A DNA stretch of 62,193 bases, filler included, from Chiloscyllium plagiosum (GCF_004010195.1; 7 parts of one record of this genome joined end to end with filler, not necessarily neighbours in it), one strand, 5' to 3'; numbered from the whole stretch's first letter, positions 37,431-51,800 are shown. The notes: generated by a model not told the origin, from the sequence alone. Program-made: numbers and translations.

Positions 37431-38227
37431 TCTCCTTGTCATGTTACAGACCCAGAGGCACTGCTGCTATGCTCCTTGTGCCTGCTTTGTACAGGTCACC
37501 CATTTTTCTGCCCTCATTGTAAAGGTGCAGCACTCACTGACAAGTTCAGCAATTCACCATTGCATTTCCAAGAATACAAATTTTGCAACAACAAGAGTGC
37601 TTTATTAAGTTTGGGCCTGCCTCATTAAATAAGGCAAGTGATCAGCCTCTCTTGCAGCTGAATGTATGTTCCCAGCAGAGGCAAGCAAATATGTTGAATC
37701 AGTTTATGTGGTCCAAGTTCATATAGAGCCAAAAAAAGCCAGTATGGCTGAGTGATATTCTGGGAGTACCGGTGCAGAGGCTTCTAACACATGTAGCAAC
37801 CCGTGTATGAATGTCATTCTTAGTCTGGGGGCAGCATATAGCTCCCTCTAGAAGCAGCTGGAGTTGTAGCATGTGACACTCAGATGGCTGCTGCATTCTG
37901 TACTGTTATTTCCAGCATTTTTATCCATCATAAAGACTCTGTATATGTAAATGTTTTCTATCAAATATTGTTAGGAACTATGTTAAAGAACCAGAAAATA
38001 ATAGTTCTGGAAGCCATTTTTCTTGTATGCCAGTAAGTACAGATATCAGGGAGCCCAGAACCAGATATTGGGTGGGTTTGCAGAATGCTAATATATGTGG
38101 AAATATTGTTTTTGATTTGTCAATATTGTCAATGTTAGCCAGCCTATGAGTCAAATCACTGGCACTTACATTGACAAAGCAGAAAACAGAAACATCACTT
38201 CTGCATCAGTGGCACTATGTGTTAAGT

Positions 38228-40515
38228 TATAGAGATTTACAGCACGCAAAAGGTTCTTTAGCCCATCGAGTCTGTACTAGTCAATAACAACCACCTAACT
38301 ATTCTAATCCCACTTTCCGACACTTAGCCTATAGCCTTGTATGCTTGGCATTGCAAGTGTATATCCAAACGCTTCTTAACTGTTTTCAGGGTTTCTGTCT
38401 CTCCCACCCTTACATGCTGTCAGTTCCAGATATACAACTCCTTCTGAGTAAATTTCTTTTTTTCTCACATTCCCTCTAAACCTCCTGTCCCATATCTGAA
38501 ACCTTTACCCTCGATTATTGATCCCTTCACCAAAACGAAATGTTTCTTCCTATCTACCCTGTCTATGGTCCTCAAATGTTTATACATCTCAATCAAGTCC
38601 ACCCTCATTTAGTATCTCTGCCATATCCTTTGCTACAGTGAGCAGCTTACCCCACCTGTTCCTTATGGGGTGCCATTCTATTCTTCACTAATCTTTCACT
38701 ATTAATATGTTTGAAAAACATTTTACTATTTGTTTTAGTGCAACCTGCCATACTTCCCTCATGCTTCCTCTTATAGACTTCCTTATTCTAGCTTTAGTCT
38801 TCTGCATTTGAGATACTCTTCCTAATCTCTATTGCTATTATTATTCCAGTATTCATAAAGAACACCTCATCTTCTGCCTTGGGACCCTCCAACCCCATGG
38901 CATCAATGTAGATTTCACAAGTTTCCTTATTTCCCCTCCCCCACCTTACCCCAGTTCCAACCGTCCACCTCAGCACCGTCCTCATGACCCTATCAATCCT
39001 CCTTCCCAACCATCCACTCCACTCTCCCCACCGACCAATCACCTTTACCCCCACCTCCATCCACCTATTGCACTCTCATTTCCTTTCTCCCAGCCCCACC
39101 CCCTCCCATTTATCTCTCCACCCCCGAGGCTCCCAGCCTCATTCCTGATGAAGGGCTTTTGCCCGCAATGTCGATTTTCCTGCTGCTTGGATGCTGCCTG
39201 ACCTGCTGTGCTTTTCCAGCACCACACTCTTGACTCTAATCTCCAGCATCTGCAGTATTCACTTTCGCCTGCATCATGTGACTGCTGTTTCTTCCTTATT
39301 TTCCCATCAATATCTTTAGTCATCTAACGTACTGTAGCTTTGGATACCCCGTAATTATTTCTCATGGGTATGTACCTAGCTTGCACCCTATTCATCTTTC
39401 TTTTAAAATTCCACCGTTTTTCATCCACTGTTTTATCTACCAAAATCATTTTCAATCCAACGTGCTCAGTTCAAATCTGCCCTTTTCCAGTCTGGAATCT
39501 TAATCAGACTGATTTTTAGCCATTTCCAACTTAATGTTGAACCTTATTATGCTATAATTGCTATTTCCCAAATGCTCCTCACTCTGACATTCTCTACTTG
39601 GTCTGCCTTATTTCCCAGGACCAGATTCAGCACAGTTCCTTCACTGGTAGGACTGGAAATGTACTGTTCCAGAAAGTTCTCTTGCATACATTGCAGGACT
39701 TTCTCCTCTTCCATGCCCCCCACTCTACCTTTTCCAAGTCTACCCTGAGTAATTGAAATCACCAACTGTCACAACCCTACTTGTCCTAAAGATTTCCACA
39801 ATCTGCCTACAACTACTGTTTCTGCTTCCTACCCACTGTTTAGAGGGCAATAATTACTACCCAACAAAGTCACTGTTCCTTTCCTGTTTCTCACCTCCAA
39901 CCATATAGATTCTAATTTAGGAACTACATCTCATTCAAGGGCAATGATACTGTCTTTGACCAAGACTGCTACACCTCCTCCCTTTTTACCCAACGTGTTT
40001 CTGTTAAAAGCCTTATAACCTGTGATGTTAATCTAGACCCACATATATCCTGGTAAATCTCCTCAGCACTTTCTCCAATGCAATCACATTCCTTCTATAA
40101 TGTGGATTCCAGAACTACACACAATGCTCCAACTGTGCCCTAACCAATATTTTATACATTTCCAGCATAACCTCCCTGCTCTTAAACTCTGTGCCTTGGC
40201 TAATTGAAGTGAATTCCAAATTCTTACCACTGTCTGATTGAAAGCATTTTTCCTCCCATCCCCTTTATACCTTCTGCCTTGTATATTAAATCTATGACCC
40301 TTGGTCATTGATCCCTCTAGCAAGGGGTAAGGTCTTTTTCCTTCAGGGGTAAGGTTGTCTACCCTGTCTATGCCCCTCATAATTTTATACATCTCAGTAA
40401 TGTTACCCTTCAATCTCCTGTGCTCCAAGGCAAACAACCCCAGTCTATCCAATCTCTGTTCATAACTAAAACTCTCCAGCCCAGGCATCATCCAAGTAAA
40501 TCTCCTTTGTCCCCT
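38228..40515 (-). mobile_element. Cluster of old CR1 fragments (3' UTR, APE, RT C-terminus)
   Basis: QCMQENFLEQYISSPTSEGTVLNLVLGN (APE); MPGLESFSYEQRLDRLGLF (RT end). Confidence 0.75.
38851..39270 (+). mobile_element. PLE 3' end (GIY-YIG C-terminus + pLTR)
   Basis: EHLIFCLGTLQPHGINVDF; CTGATGA-agggcttttgccc-GCAA at 39145-39168. Confidence 0.85.
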
Positions 40516-40516
40516 C

Positions 40517-41005
40517 TCCGAGACAGAAGATGAGGTGTTCCTCCTCCATTTGATGACATGTCCATCGTGGACCTCCTCCTCCGCCTAAAAAAGGTCACCT
40601 GCAAACTAGAGGAGGAACATCTCATTGTCTGCCTCGGGAGCCTACAATCACACAGCCTTAACATTAAATTCACCAGTTTCCAAATCTCCCCTTCCCCTCA
40701 CCCCCCATTAAGATCTAACCCTCTGACTCAGCTCCACCCTCTTGACCTGACTTACCAATCCATCTTCCTTCCCACCTATTCGCTCCACACTTCCCACTGA
40801 TCTATCACAATCACCTCCTACCTTCATCCACCTATCGCCATCCCAAATACCTTTCTCATAGCCCCACCCCATTTATTTCTCCAGTCCTGATGTAGAGAAA
40901 CATCGACCCTCTTGCTCAGATGCTGCCTGACCTGCTGTGCTTTCTCCAGTGCCACACTTCATTGATTCTGACTCTCTAGCATCTGCAGTTCTCACTATCT
41001 CCTAG
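40517..41005 (+). mobile_element. PLE 3' end with short inverted 5' piece
   Basis: KLEEEHLIVCLGSLQSHSLNIKF then pLTR; 40520-40546 is an inverted copy of the EEEHLIF segment. Confidence 0.8.
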
Positions 41006-42102
41006 TTGTTTAAGCATTGAAACACGAAAATGTTATGTATTAAAATGAATATAATCATTATATTAAAACATTTGCATTTCAGATGTTCTCATTTGCTAAT
41101 AATGAGATAAAACTAACAAATGTCAGTGTGGTGGGACTTGGTTCTTGGATGGCATGCATACTTTAACAGTTGATATTGTAACCATCTATTCATTCTAGTT
41201 CAGGCAGTTCAACATTTGAATATAACTCTCTCTGAAGTGTAATTTACATTGTATATTTAGTTTGACATTTGGTGCTTTAGAATTTAAATTCAAGGTTATG
41301 TATCGATTACTGTGTTAATTCCTTGTTTAAAAAAGTCAGGATGTTTGCCTTCATTATTCAATCTGGTGTGACACCATTTGACCTGGAAGTGCTATAAGAC
41401 ATATTTGTAACTTCTTTAAAAGACCTGTAAAATCTGAATTTGTTTTTAAATGTTTGAAAAGGATCTTCAATAACTTGCATTAGGTATTCAAGAATCAATT
41501 GTACTTTTGAGTAATCATAAATGCTGGTCCACTTGACCTGGCAACTCTTGTCTTTTATCAACCGGAAGAAAGTTAAGATCAGAAGCCATGTTGCTGGCAG
41601 ACATAGCATCATAGAACAAATGACCACTAAAAGCAGAAAAGTTGGAGATGAAGGGAACCAATGGACATTATACAGGCAGAAAGAGAAAACAGAGATAGCA
41701 ATGGAAACAAATTATTCTTGTGCAGACAAGAAGCAAATTACTCTCAGGAAGTTGCCAATTTTTCTGTTGTTAGCAAGGAAGACAAGAACTCTTGAAGGTA
41801 CTGTGCAAGCTGGCTAACAATGCTGAAATTTGGAAGAAATCTGAAATTTGGTGACACTAAAGAACTTCCCAAAAGTGGTCAAGCTACATTATGGACTGAA
41901 AGGAACTCTGGAAAGCTATACCATCAGGTCTGTTGTGTCGTGAGGGAGAAAATAATCATAGAAGTGATGATTACTTACATGTGAATTCAAAGGTGGAAGT
42001 GTAATAAGACCATTGATTAACTGTATCTGAATAAAGAACAGCATATCATGGAATTGTGCAGCTAAGCACTGCTACATTTGTTTGGCAGCAATGTGGGTGC
42101 AT

Positions 42103-43307
42103 ATAGAACATAGACATAGAACAGTACAGCACAGAACAGGCCCTTCAGCCCACAATGTTGTGCCGACCATTGATCCTCATGTATGCACCCTCAAATTTCT
42201 GTGACCATATACATGTCCAGCAGTCTCTTAAATGTCCCAATGACCTTGCTTCCACAACTGCTGCTGGCAATGCATTCCATGCTTTCACAACTCTCTGTGT
42301 AAAGAACCCGCCACTGACATCCCCTCTATACTTTCCTCCAACCAGCTTAAAACTATGACCCCTCGTGTTAGCCATTTCTGTCCTCAGAAATAGTCTCTGG
42401 CTATCGACTCTACTAATGCCTCTCATTATCTTGTATACCTCAATTAGGTCCCCTCTCCTCCTCCTTTTCTTCAATGAAAAAAGTCCGAGCTCAGTCAACC
42501 TCTCTTCATAAGATAAGCCCTCCAGTCCAGGCAACATCCTGGTAAACCTCCTCTGAACCCTCTCCAAAATATCCACATCTTTCCTATAATAGGGTGACCA
42601 GAACTGGATGCAGTATTCCAAGTGCGGTCTAACCAAAATTTTATAGAGCTGCAACAAGATCTCACGACTCTTAAACCCAATCCCCCTGTTAATGAAAGCC
42701 AAAACACCATATGCATTCTTAACAACCCTGTCCACTTGGGTGGCCATTTTAAGGGATCTTAAGGCACACCAAGATCCCTCTGTTCCTCCACACTGCCAAG
42801 AATCCAATCCTTAATCCTGTACTCAGCTTTCAAATTCGACCTTCCAAAATGCATCACCTCGCATTTATCTAGGTTGAACTCCATCTGCCATCTCTCAGCC
42901 CATCTCTACATCCTGTCAATGTCCCGCTGCAGCCTACAACAGCCCTCTATACTGTCAACGACACCTCCAACCTTTGTGTCGTCTGCAAACTTGCTGACAA
43001 TCCCCTCATCCAAGTCATTAATAAAAATTACAAACAATAGAGGCCCAAGGACAGAGCCCTGTGGAACACCACTCACCACTGACTTCCAGGCAGAATATTT
43101 TCCTTCTACTACCACTCGCTGTCTTCTGTTGGCCAGCCAATTCTGTATCCAGACAGCTAAGTTCCCCTGTATCCCATTCCTCCTGACCTTCTGAATGAGC
43201 CTTATCAAATGCCTTGCTGAAGTCCATAGACACCACATCCACAGCTCAACCCGCATCAACTTTTCTAGTCACATCCTCAAAAAAACTCTAAGGTTTGTGA
43301 GGCATGA
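42103..43307 (-). mobile_element. CR1 RT and 3' UTR, (CTATGTT)n tail
   Basis: [34 protein letters not shown]. Confidence 0.9.
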
Positions 43308-43407
43308 NNNNNNNNNNNNNNNNNNNNNNNNNNNNNNNNNNNNNNNNNNNNTTAATTAATTAANNNNNNNNNNNNNNNNNNNNNNNNNNNNNNNNNNNNN
43401 NNNNNNN

Positions 43408-43682
43408 CCCGGGTACAACAGAGTGTTACAAGGGGACATAAATTTAAGGTGAAGGGTGGAAGGTATAGGGGGGATGTCAGGGGTAGGTTCTTTACCCAAA
43501 GAGTGGTGGGGGCATGGAATGCACTGCCTGTGGGAGTGGCAGAGTCAGAATCATTGGTGACCTTTAAGTGGCAATTGGATGGATACATGGATAGGTGCTT
43601 AAGCTAGGACCAATGTTCGGCACAACATTGTGGGCTGAAGGGCCTGTTCTGTGCTGTATTGTTCCATGTTCTATGTTCTATG
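43408..43682 (+). mobile_element. CR1 3' end, same subfamily as 26715-27807
   Basis: Near-identical to the reverse complement of 26720-26990. Confidence 0.9.
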
Positions 43683-45332
43683 TCTCTTCCTGTTTCTCAG
43701 AAGGGAAGAGGGGAGAGGATAGAGCAATAGTCATTGGGGACTCCATAGTTAGGGGGACAGATTGGAGATTCTGTGGGAGCGAGACTCGCGGTTGGTGTGT
43801 TGCCTCTCAGATGCCAGGGTCAGTGATATCTCTGATCGTGTTTTTAGGATCCTTAAGGGGGAGGGGGAGCAGTCCTAAGTAGTGGTCACCAACACCATAG
43901 GTGGAAAAGGGATGGGGACATAAAGCAGAAATTCAATGAATTCGGGTGGAAACTTAGAGCTAGAACAAGCAAAGTTGTTATCTCTGGTTTATTACCCGTG
44001 CCATGTGCTAGTGAGGCACTGAACAGGGAGAGAGAGGAGTTGAACACATGGCTAGAGGGACGGTGCAGGAAGGAGGGATTCAGATATCTGGATAATTGGG
44101 GCTCATTCTGGGGTAGGTGCGACCTCTACAAACAGGATCGTCTACACCTGAACCAGAGAATTACCAATATTTGCTAATGCTCCTTGGGAAGATTTTAATT
44201 AATTCACTAGGGGGATGGGAACCTGAATTGTAGCTCCAGTGTACAGGAGGTTGAGAGTCGCAAAGTCATGAATAAAGTTTCAAGGTCGCAGGAGTGCACT
44301 GGCAGGCAAGAAGGAGGTTTGAAGTGTGTCTACTTCAATGCCAGGAGCATCCAGAATAAGGTGGATGAGCTTACAACATGGTTTGGTACCAGGGACTTCA
44401 ATGTTGTGGCCATTTCTGAGACATGGCTCGAGCAGGGACAGGAATGGTTGGTTGCAGGTTCCGGGGTTTAGATATTTAAGTAAGAACAAGGGAGATCGTA
44501 AGAGAGGGGGAGGTGTGGCATTGTTAGTCAAGGACAGTATTATGGTGGCAGAAAAAACGTTTGATGAGGACTTGTCTATTGAGGCAGTATGGGCTGAGGT
44601 TAGAAACAGGAAAGGAGAGGTCACCCTGTTGGAGCTTTCTATAGGCCTCCCAAAAGTTCCAGACATGTAGAGGAAAGGGTTGCAAAGATGACTCTGGATA
44701 GGAGTGAAAGTAACAGGGTAGTTATTTTGGGGGTCTTTAACTTTCCGAATATTGACTGGAAATACTATAGTTCAAGTACTTTAGATGAAGTTTTTGTCCA
44801 ATGTGTGCAGGAAGGTTTCCTGACACAGTATGTAGACAGGCCAACAAGGGGCGAGGCCACATTGTATTTGGTACTGGGTCATGAATCAGGCCAGTTATTA
44901 GATTTAGAGATAGATGAACACTTCAGTGATAGTGACCACAATTCAGTTAAGTTTACTTTAGCAATGGAAAGTGACAGATATATACCGCAGGGCAAGAGTT
45001 ATTGCTGGGGATAAAGGTCATTATGATGCAATTAGGCAAGATTTAGGATGCATAGGATTGGAAAGGAAACTGCAGGGAATGGGCACAATTGAAATGTGAA
45101 GCTTGTTCAAGGAACAACTACTGCATGTCCTTGATAAGTATGTACCTGTCAGTCTGGGAGGAAGTGGACAAGTGAGGGAGCCATGGTTTACTAAAGAAGT
45201 TGAATTTCTTGTCAAGAGGAAGAAGGAGGCTTATTAAAAATGAGACATGAAGCCTCAGTTAGGGTGTTTAAGTGTTTTATGTTAGCCAGGAAGGACCTGA
45301 AGCGAGAGCTATGAAAAGTCAGGAGGGGTCAT

Positions 45333-45859
45333 TCTGGTCTCCTTCCTATCAGAAGGATGTTGTGAAACTTGAAAGGGTTCAGAAATGATTTACAAGGATG
45401 TTGCCAGGATTCAAGGATTTGAGCTGTAGGGAGAGGCTGGATAGACTAGGGCTGTTTTCCTAGAGCATTGGAGGCTGAGGGGTGACCTTATAGAGGTTTA
45501 TAAAGTCATGAGGGGCACAGATAGCATAAATAGACAAAGTCTTTTCCCTGGGGTGGGAAAGTCCTGAACTAGAGGGAATAGGTTTTGGGTGATAGGGGAA
45601 AGATATAAAAGAGACCGAAAGGCAATGTTTTCATGCAGAGGTTGGTGCATGTATGGAATGAACTGCTGGAGGAAGTGGTGGAGGCTGGTACAATTACAAC
45701 ATTTAAAAGGCATCCGAATGGGTGTATGAAAAGGAAGGTTTTGGAGGGATATGGGCCGGGTGCTGGCAAATGGGATTAGATTGGGTTGGGATATCTGGTG
45801 GGCATGAACGAGTTGAACCGAAGTGTCTGTTTCCATGGTGTATATCTCTATGGCTCTAT
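45333..45859 (+). mobile_element. 5'-truncated CR1 nested in host CR1
   Basis: FWSPSYQKD through the 3' UTR and ctatggctctat tail. Confidence 0.85.
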
Positions 45860-46547
45860 GAGAAGTCTTTGGCAGGTAGGTTCAAGGAAAATCCTAAAAC
45901 TTTCTACAGGTATGTCAGGAATAAAAGAATGACTAGAGTAAGATTAATGCCAGTCAAGGACAGTGGTGCATGGAGTTGTGCGTGAGTCCGAGGAGATGGG
46001 GAAGTGCTAAATGAATATTTTTTGTCACACAGGAAAAAGACAATGTTGTTGAGGTGAATACTGAGATACAGGCTATTTGACTAGGGGGGATTGAGGTTCA
46101 TAAGGAGGAGATGTTAGCAATTCTGGAAAGTGTGAAAATAGATAAGTTCCTGAGGCCAGATGAGATTTACACTAAGCTTCTCTGGGAACTAGGGAGGAGA
46201 TTGCAGAGTCTTTGGCTTTGATCTTCGTATTGTCATTGTCTACAGGAATAGTGCCAGAAAACTGGAGGATAGCAAACGTTGTCCCCTTGTTAAAGAAGGG
46301 GAGTAGAGACAATCCTGGTAATTATAGACCAGTGAGCCTTACTTCGGTTGTGGGTAATGTGTTGGAAAAGGATATAAGAGGTAGGATTTATAATCATCTA
46401 GAAAGGAATAATTTGATTAGGGATAGTCAGCATGGTTTTGTGAAGGGTAGGTCATGCCTCACAAACCTTATTGAGATCTTGAGAAGGTAACCAAACAGAT
46501 GGATGAGGGTAAAGCGGTTGATGTGGTGTATACAGATTTCAATAAAG

Positions 46548-49500
46548 ATGGAGGATGGGAAAAATTTCTGGCTATAACAGGTGCTCATTTTTTGAGGTAT
46601 TTTAGGTGCTGGAGTTGATTTCCTCAAATTCCAGGAGCAGCAATTACTGTTTTATATGCTGTTACATTGTTTTTGAACTTTAGAAAAACAAAGTCAAAAG
46701 AACAGCAGTTTTAAAAGGGAGAAGACCAGACCAAGGAAGCACATGGTGAGGTCAGTGCAAGAGAGAGAGAGAGAAAGAAACTGACAGAGCAGTGAACCTG
46801 CACAGTTACTGCCTTTGCTGTTTGAATTCAAGTATCGCTGGACATTGGAGTGCGTCTGGGAACATTAACAAATAGTGAAATTCACAACTGATTTTGGAGA
46901 ACTGTTTGGGTGAAGTTCACAGCACGGAATCAGATAAGTGTATTGTTTTTAAGTGGGACCCACAGAAAATCTGCAGTAGTGAGTAGAGTGGGTTATTAAT
47001 TTAACCTGGGGCAGTGTTTTGTAGAGGAATAAGACGGTGTTATTTTCTGGGTCTGGAGATTGTGAAGAAGCAAGAATGGCCTTTAGTAGAATGATATATG
47101 CTTCTTGTCAGATGTGGGAGTTTAAAGAGAGTTTAAGGGTTACTACAGATTATATCAGATCAAATGGATCAGTTGGACAGACAGTTAGAAGCAATGAGGA
47201 ATTTGCAACAGCAACAGTATGTGATGGATGGCAGTTATAGGAAGGGGGGAAAGTCTCAGATACAGTCACATAGATGGGTTAACTCCAGGAAAGGTGAGAG
47301 AGGTAGGCACCTAGTGCAGGAGTCTTTTTGTGGCTATACCCATTTTAAACAAGTATGCTGTTTTGGAAAATGTAGGGGGTGATGGATTCTCAGGGGAACG
47401 TAGCACGAACAGCCAAGTTTCTGGTATTGAGACTGGCTCTAATGCAACGAGGGGTACGTCGGTTTCCAAGAGATCAATTATGTTAGGGGACTCTCTAGTT
47501 CGAGGTACAGACAGACATTTCTGTGGCCAGAAATCAGAATGGTGTGTTGCTTCCCTGGTGCCAGGATCAAGGATGTCTCAGAGAGGGTGCAGAATGTTCT
47601 GAAGGGGGAGAGGGGCCAGCAGAAGGTCATTGTACACATTGGAACTAACGATATAGGAAGGGAAAAGGTTGAGATTCTAAAGGAAGATTACAGAGAGTTA
47701 GGCAGGAATTTAAAAAGGAGGTCCTAGTAATATCTGGATTACTCCCAGTACTACGAGCTAGTGAGGGCAGGAATAGGAGGATAGAGTACATGAATGCATG
47801 GCTGAGGAGCTGGTGTATGGGAGAAGGATTCACACTTTTGAATCATTGGAATCTGTATGGGTAGAAGTGACCTGTACAAGAAGGACGGATTGCACCTAAA
47901 TTGGAAGGGGACTAATATTATACTGGCAGGGAAATTTGCTAGAGCTGCTCGGGAGGATTTAAACTAGTAAGGTGGGGAAGTGGAAGACTCAGGGAGATAG
48001 TGAGGAAAGAGATCAACCTGAGACTGATACAGTTGAGAACAGAAGTGAGTCAAACAGTCAGGGCAGGCAGGGACAAGGTAGGACTAATAAATTAAACTGC
48101 ATTTATTTCAATGCAAGGGGCTTCACAGGGAAGGCAGATGAACTCAGGGCATGGTTCGGAACTTGGGACTGGGATATCATAGCAATTATGGAAACATGGC
48201 TCAGGGATGGGCAGGACTGGCAGCTTAATGTTCCAGGATACAAATGCTACAGGAAGGATAGAAAGGGAGGCAAGAGAGGAGGGGGAGTGGCATTTTTGAT
48301 AAGGGATAGCATTACAGCGGTGCTGAGGGAGGATATTCCTGGAAATACATCCAGGGAAGTTATTTGGGTGGAACTGAGAAATAAGAAAGGGATGATCACC
48401 TCATTGGGATTGTATTATAGACCCCCCAATAGTCAGAGGGAAATTGAGAAACAAACTTGTAAGGAGAGGGCAGTGAAGGCCCAGTCTCTGGATTCATTTA
48501 AGAAAGAGTTGGATAGAGCTCTCAAAGATAGTGGAATCAAGGGTTATGGAGATAAGGCAGGAAGANNNNNNNNNNNNNNNNNNNNNNNNNNNNNNNNNNN
48601 NNNNNNNNNTTAATTAATTAANNNNNNNNNNNNNNNNNNNNNNNNNNNNNNNNNNNNNNNNNNNNGGGAAGCTAGAGAAGTGATTGCTGGGCCTCTTGCT
48701 GAGATATTTGTATCATCAATAGTCACAGGTGAGGTTCTGGAAGACTGGAGCTTGGCAAATGTGGTGCCACTGTTTAGGAAAGGTGGTAAGGACAAGCCAG
48801 GGAACTATATTCTGGCTATTGAGGGAGTGCAGCGTAGGTTCACGAGATCAATTCCTAGAATGGCGAGACTATCTTATGTTGAAAGATTGGAGCGACTGGG
48901 CTTGTATATGCTTGAGTTTAGAAGGCTGAGAGGGGATCGATTATAAGATTATTAAAGGATTGGACACTCTGGAGGCAGGAAACATGTTTCCGCTGATGGG
49001 TGAGTCCCGAACCAGAGGACACAGCTTAAAAATAAGGGGTAGGCCATTTAGGACAGAGATGAGGAGAAACTTCTTCACCCAGAGAGTGGTGTGTGTGTGG
49101 AATGCTCTGCCCCAGAAGGCAGTGGAGGCCCAGTCTCTGGATTCGTTTAAGAAAGAGTTGGATAGAGCTCTCAAGGATAGTGGAATCAAGGGTTATGGAG
49201 ATAAGGCAGGAACAGGATACTGATTGAGGATGATCAGCCATGATCATAATGAATGGTGGTGCAGGCTCGAAGGGCAGAATGGCCTACTCCTGCACCTATT
49301 GTCTATTGTCTATAGACCAATGAGCCTGATGTCAGTGGTGGGCAAGTTGTTGGAGGGAATCCTGAGAGGCAGGACGTACCTGTATTTGGAAAGACAAGGG
49401 CCGATTAAGGATAGTCAACGTGGTTTTGTGCGTGGGAAATCATGTCTCACAAACTTGATTGAGTTTTTTGAGGAAATAACAAAGAGGATTGATAGGGCAG

Positions 49501-50449
49501 AGTGGTAGATATGATCTAAATGGACTTCAGTAAGGCGTTCGACGTGGTTCCCCATGGGAGACTGATTAGCAAGGTTAGATCTCACAGAATAAAGGAAGAA
49601 CTAACCATTTGGATACAGAACTGGCTCAAAGGTAGAAGACAGAGGGTGGTGGTGGAGGGTTCTTTTTCAGACTGGAGGCCTGTGACCAGTGGAATGCCAC
49701 AAGGATCGGTGCTGGGCCCTCTGCTTTTTGTCATTTACATAAAAGATTTGGATGCGAGCATAAAAGGTACAGTTAGTAAGTTTGCAGATGACACCAAAAT
49801 TGGAGGTGTAGTGGACAGTGAAGAAGGTTACCTCAGATTACAACAGGATCTTGATCAGATGGGCCAATGGGCCAAGATGCGGCAGATGGAGTTTAATTCA
49901 GATAAATGTGAGGCGCTGCATTTTGGGAAAGCAAATCTTAGCAGGACTTATACACTTAATGGTAAGGTCCTCGGGAGGGTTGCTGAATAAAGAGACCTTG
50001 GAGTGCAGGTTCATAGCTCTTTGAAAGTCGCAGGTAGATAGGATAGTGAAGAAGGCATTTGGTATGCTTCCCTTTATTGGTCTGAGTATTGAGTACAGGA
50101 GTTTGGAGGTCATGTTGCGGCTGTACAGGACATTGGTTAGGCCACTGTTGGAATATTATATGAAATTCCGTTCTCCTTCCTATCGGAAAGACGCTGTGAA
50201 AGTTGAAAGGGTTCAGAAAAGATTTACAAGGATATTGCCAGGGTTGGAGGATCTGAGCTACGGGGAGAGGCTGAATAGGCTGGGACTGTTTTCCCTGGAG
50301 CGTCAGAGATAGGTATATGAATAGGAAGGGTTTGGAGGGATATGGGCGGGGTGCTGGTGGGTGGGACTAGATTGGGTTGGGATATCTGGTCGGCATGGAC
50401 AGGTTGGACCACAGGGTCTGTATCCATGCTGTACATCTCTATGACTCTA
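46548..50449 (+). mobile_element. 5'-complete CR1 (5' UTR-ORF1-ORF2-tail) with gap, deletions and nested inserts
   Basis: Same 5' terminus as the 33049 copy; MAFSRMIYASCQMWEF (47076), esterase, [26 protein letters not shown], ctatgactcta tail. Continuity across the gap is assumed. Confidence 0.85.
48810..49309 (+). mobile_element. Young 5'-truncated CR1, (CTATTGT)n tail
   Basis: LAIEGVQRRFTR..TRGHSLKIRG; ctata duplicated at 48805-48809 and 49310-49314. Confidence 0.9.
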
Positions 50450-51484
50450 CTTGATAAGGTTCCCCACGGTAGGCTATTGCAGAAAATGTGGAGACATGGG
50501 ATTGAGAGTGATTTAGCGGTTTAGATCAGAAATTGACTAGTTTAGAGAAGACAGAGGGTAGTGGTTGATGGGAAATGTTTATCCTGGAGTTCAGTTACTA
50601 GTGGTGTGCCACAAGGATCTGTTTTGGGGCCACTGCTGTTTGTCATTTTTATTAATGACCTGGATGAGGGCATAGATGGATAGGTGAGTAAATTTGCAGA
50701 TGACACTAACCTCGGTGGAGTTGTGGACAGTGCGGAAAGATATTGCAGGTTACAGAGGGACAATGATAAGTTGCAGAGCTGGGCTGAGATGTGGCAAATG
50801 GAGTTTAATGCAGAAAGGTGTGAGGTGATTCATTTTGAATGGAGTAACAGGAATGCAGAGTACTGGGCTAATGGTAAGATTCTTGGTAGTGTGGATGAAC
50901 AGAGAGATCTTGGTGACCATGTACATAGTTCCCTGAAGTTGCAACCCATGTTGATAGGGTTGTTTAGAAGGCATAAAGTGTGTTAGTGTTTATTGGTAGA
51001 GGGATTGAGTTTCGGAGCCATGAGGTCATGTTGCAGCTGTACAAAGCTCTGGTGCAGTCACACTTGGGATATTGTGCACAGTTCTGGTTGTTGCATTATA
51101 GGAAGGACGTGGAAGCATTGAAAAGGGTGCAGAGGAGATTTACCAGAATGTTGCCTGGTATGGAGTGAAGGTCTTATGAGGAAAGGCTGAGGGACTTGAG
51201 GCTTTTTTCGTTAATGAGAAGAAGGTTAAGACGTGACTTAATAGAGACATACAAGAGGATTAGATAAGGTGGACAGCGAGAGCGTTTTTCCTCGGATGGT
51301 GATGGTTAGCACGAGGGGACATAGCTTTAAATTGAGGGGTGATAGATATAGGACAGATGTCAGAGGTAGTTTCTTTACTCAGAGAGTAGTAAGGGGCATG
51401 GAATGTTCTGCCTGCAACAGTTGTAGACTTGCCAACTTTAAGGACATTTAAATAGTCATTGGATAAATATAAAACCTTACATTA

Positions 51485-51800
51485 GCTTCCCTACAGTATG
51501 GAAACAGGCCCTTCGGCCCAACAAGTCTACATGGACCCTTCGAAGAGCAACCCACCCAGACCCAATCCCATACAGTTACCCTGACTGAGGCACCTAACAC
51601 AATGGTCAGTTTAGCAGGGCCAACTCATCCGATCTGCACATCTTTGGACTGTTGGAGGAAACCGGAGCATCCGGAGGAAACCTACGCAGACACAGGGAGA
51701 ATGTGCAAGCCCTGCACAGGCAGTTGCCCCAGGTGGGAATCGAACCCAGGCGCCTGGCACTGTGAGGCAGTATTGCTAACCACTGAGCCACTGTGCCACC
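51485..51800 (-). mobile_element. HE1/V-SINE-type tRNA-derived SINE
   Basis: A box TGGCTCAGTGG (51780-51790), B box GGTTCGATTCCC (51735-51746), V-domain-like core and CR1-like 3' tail. Confidence 0.85.
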
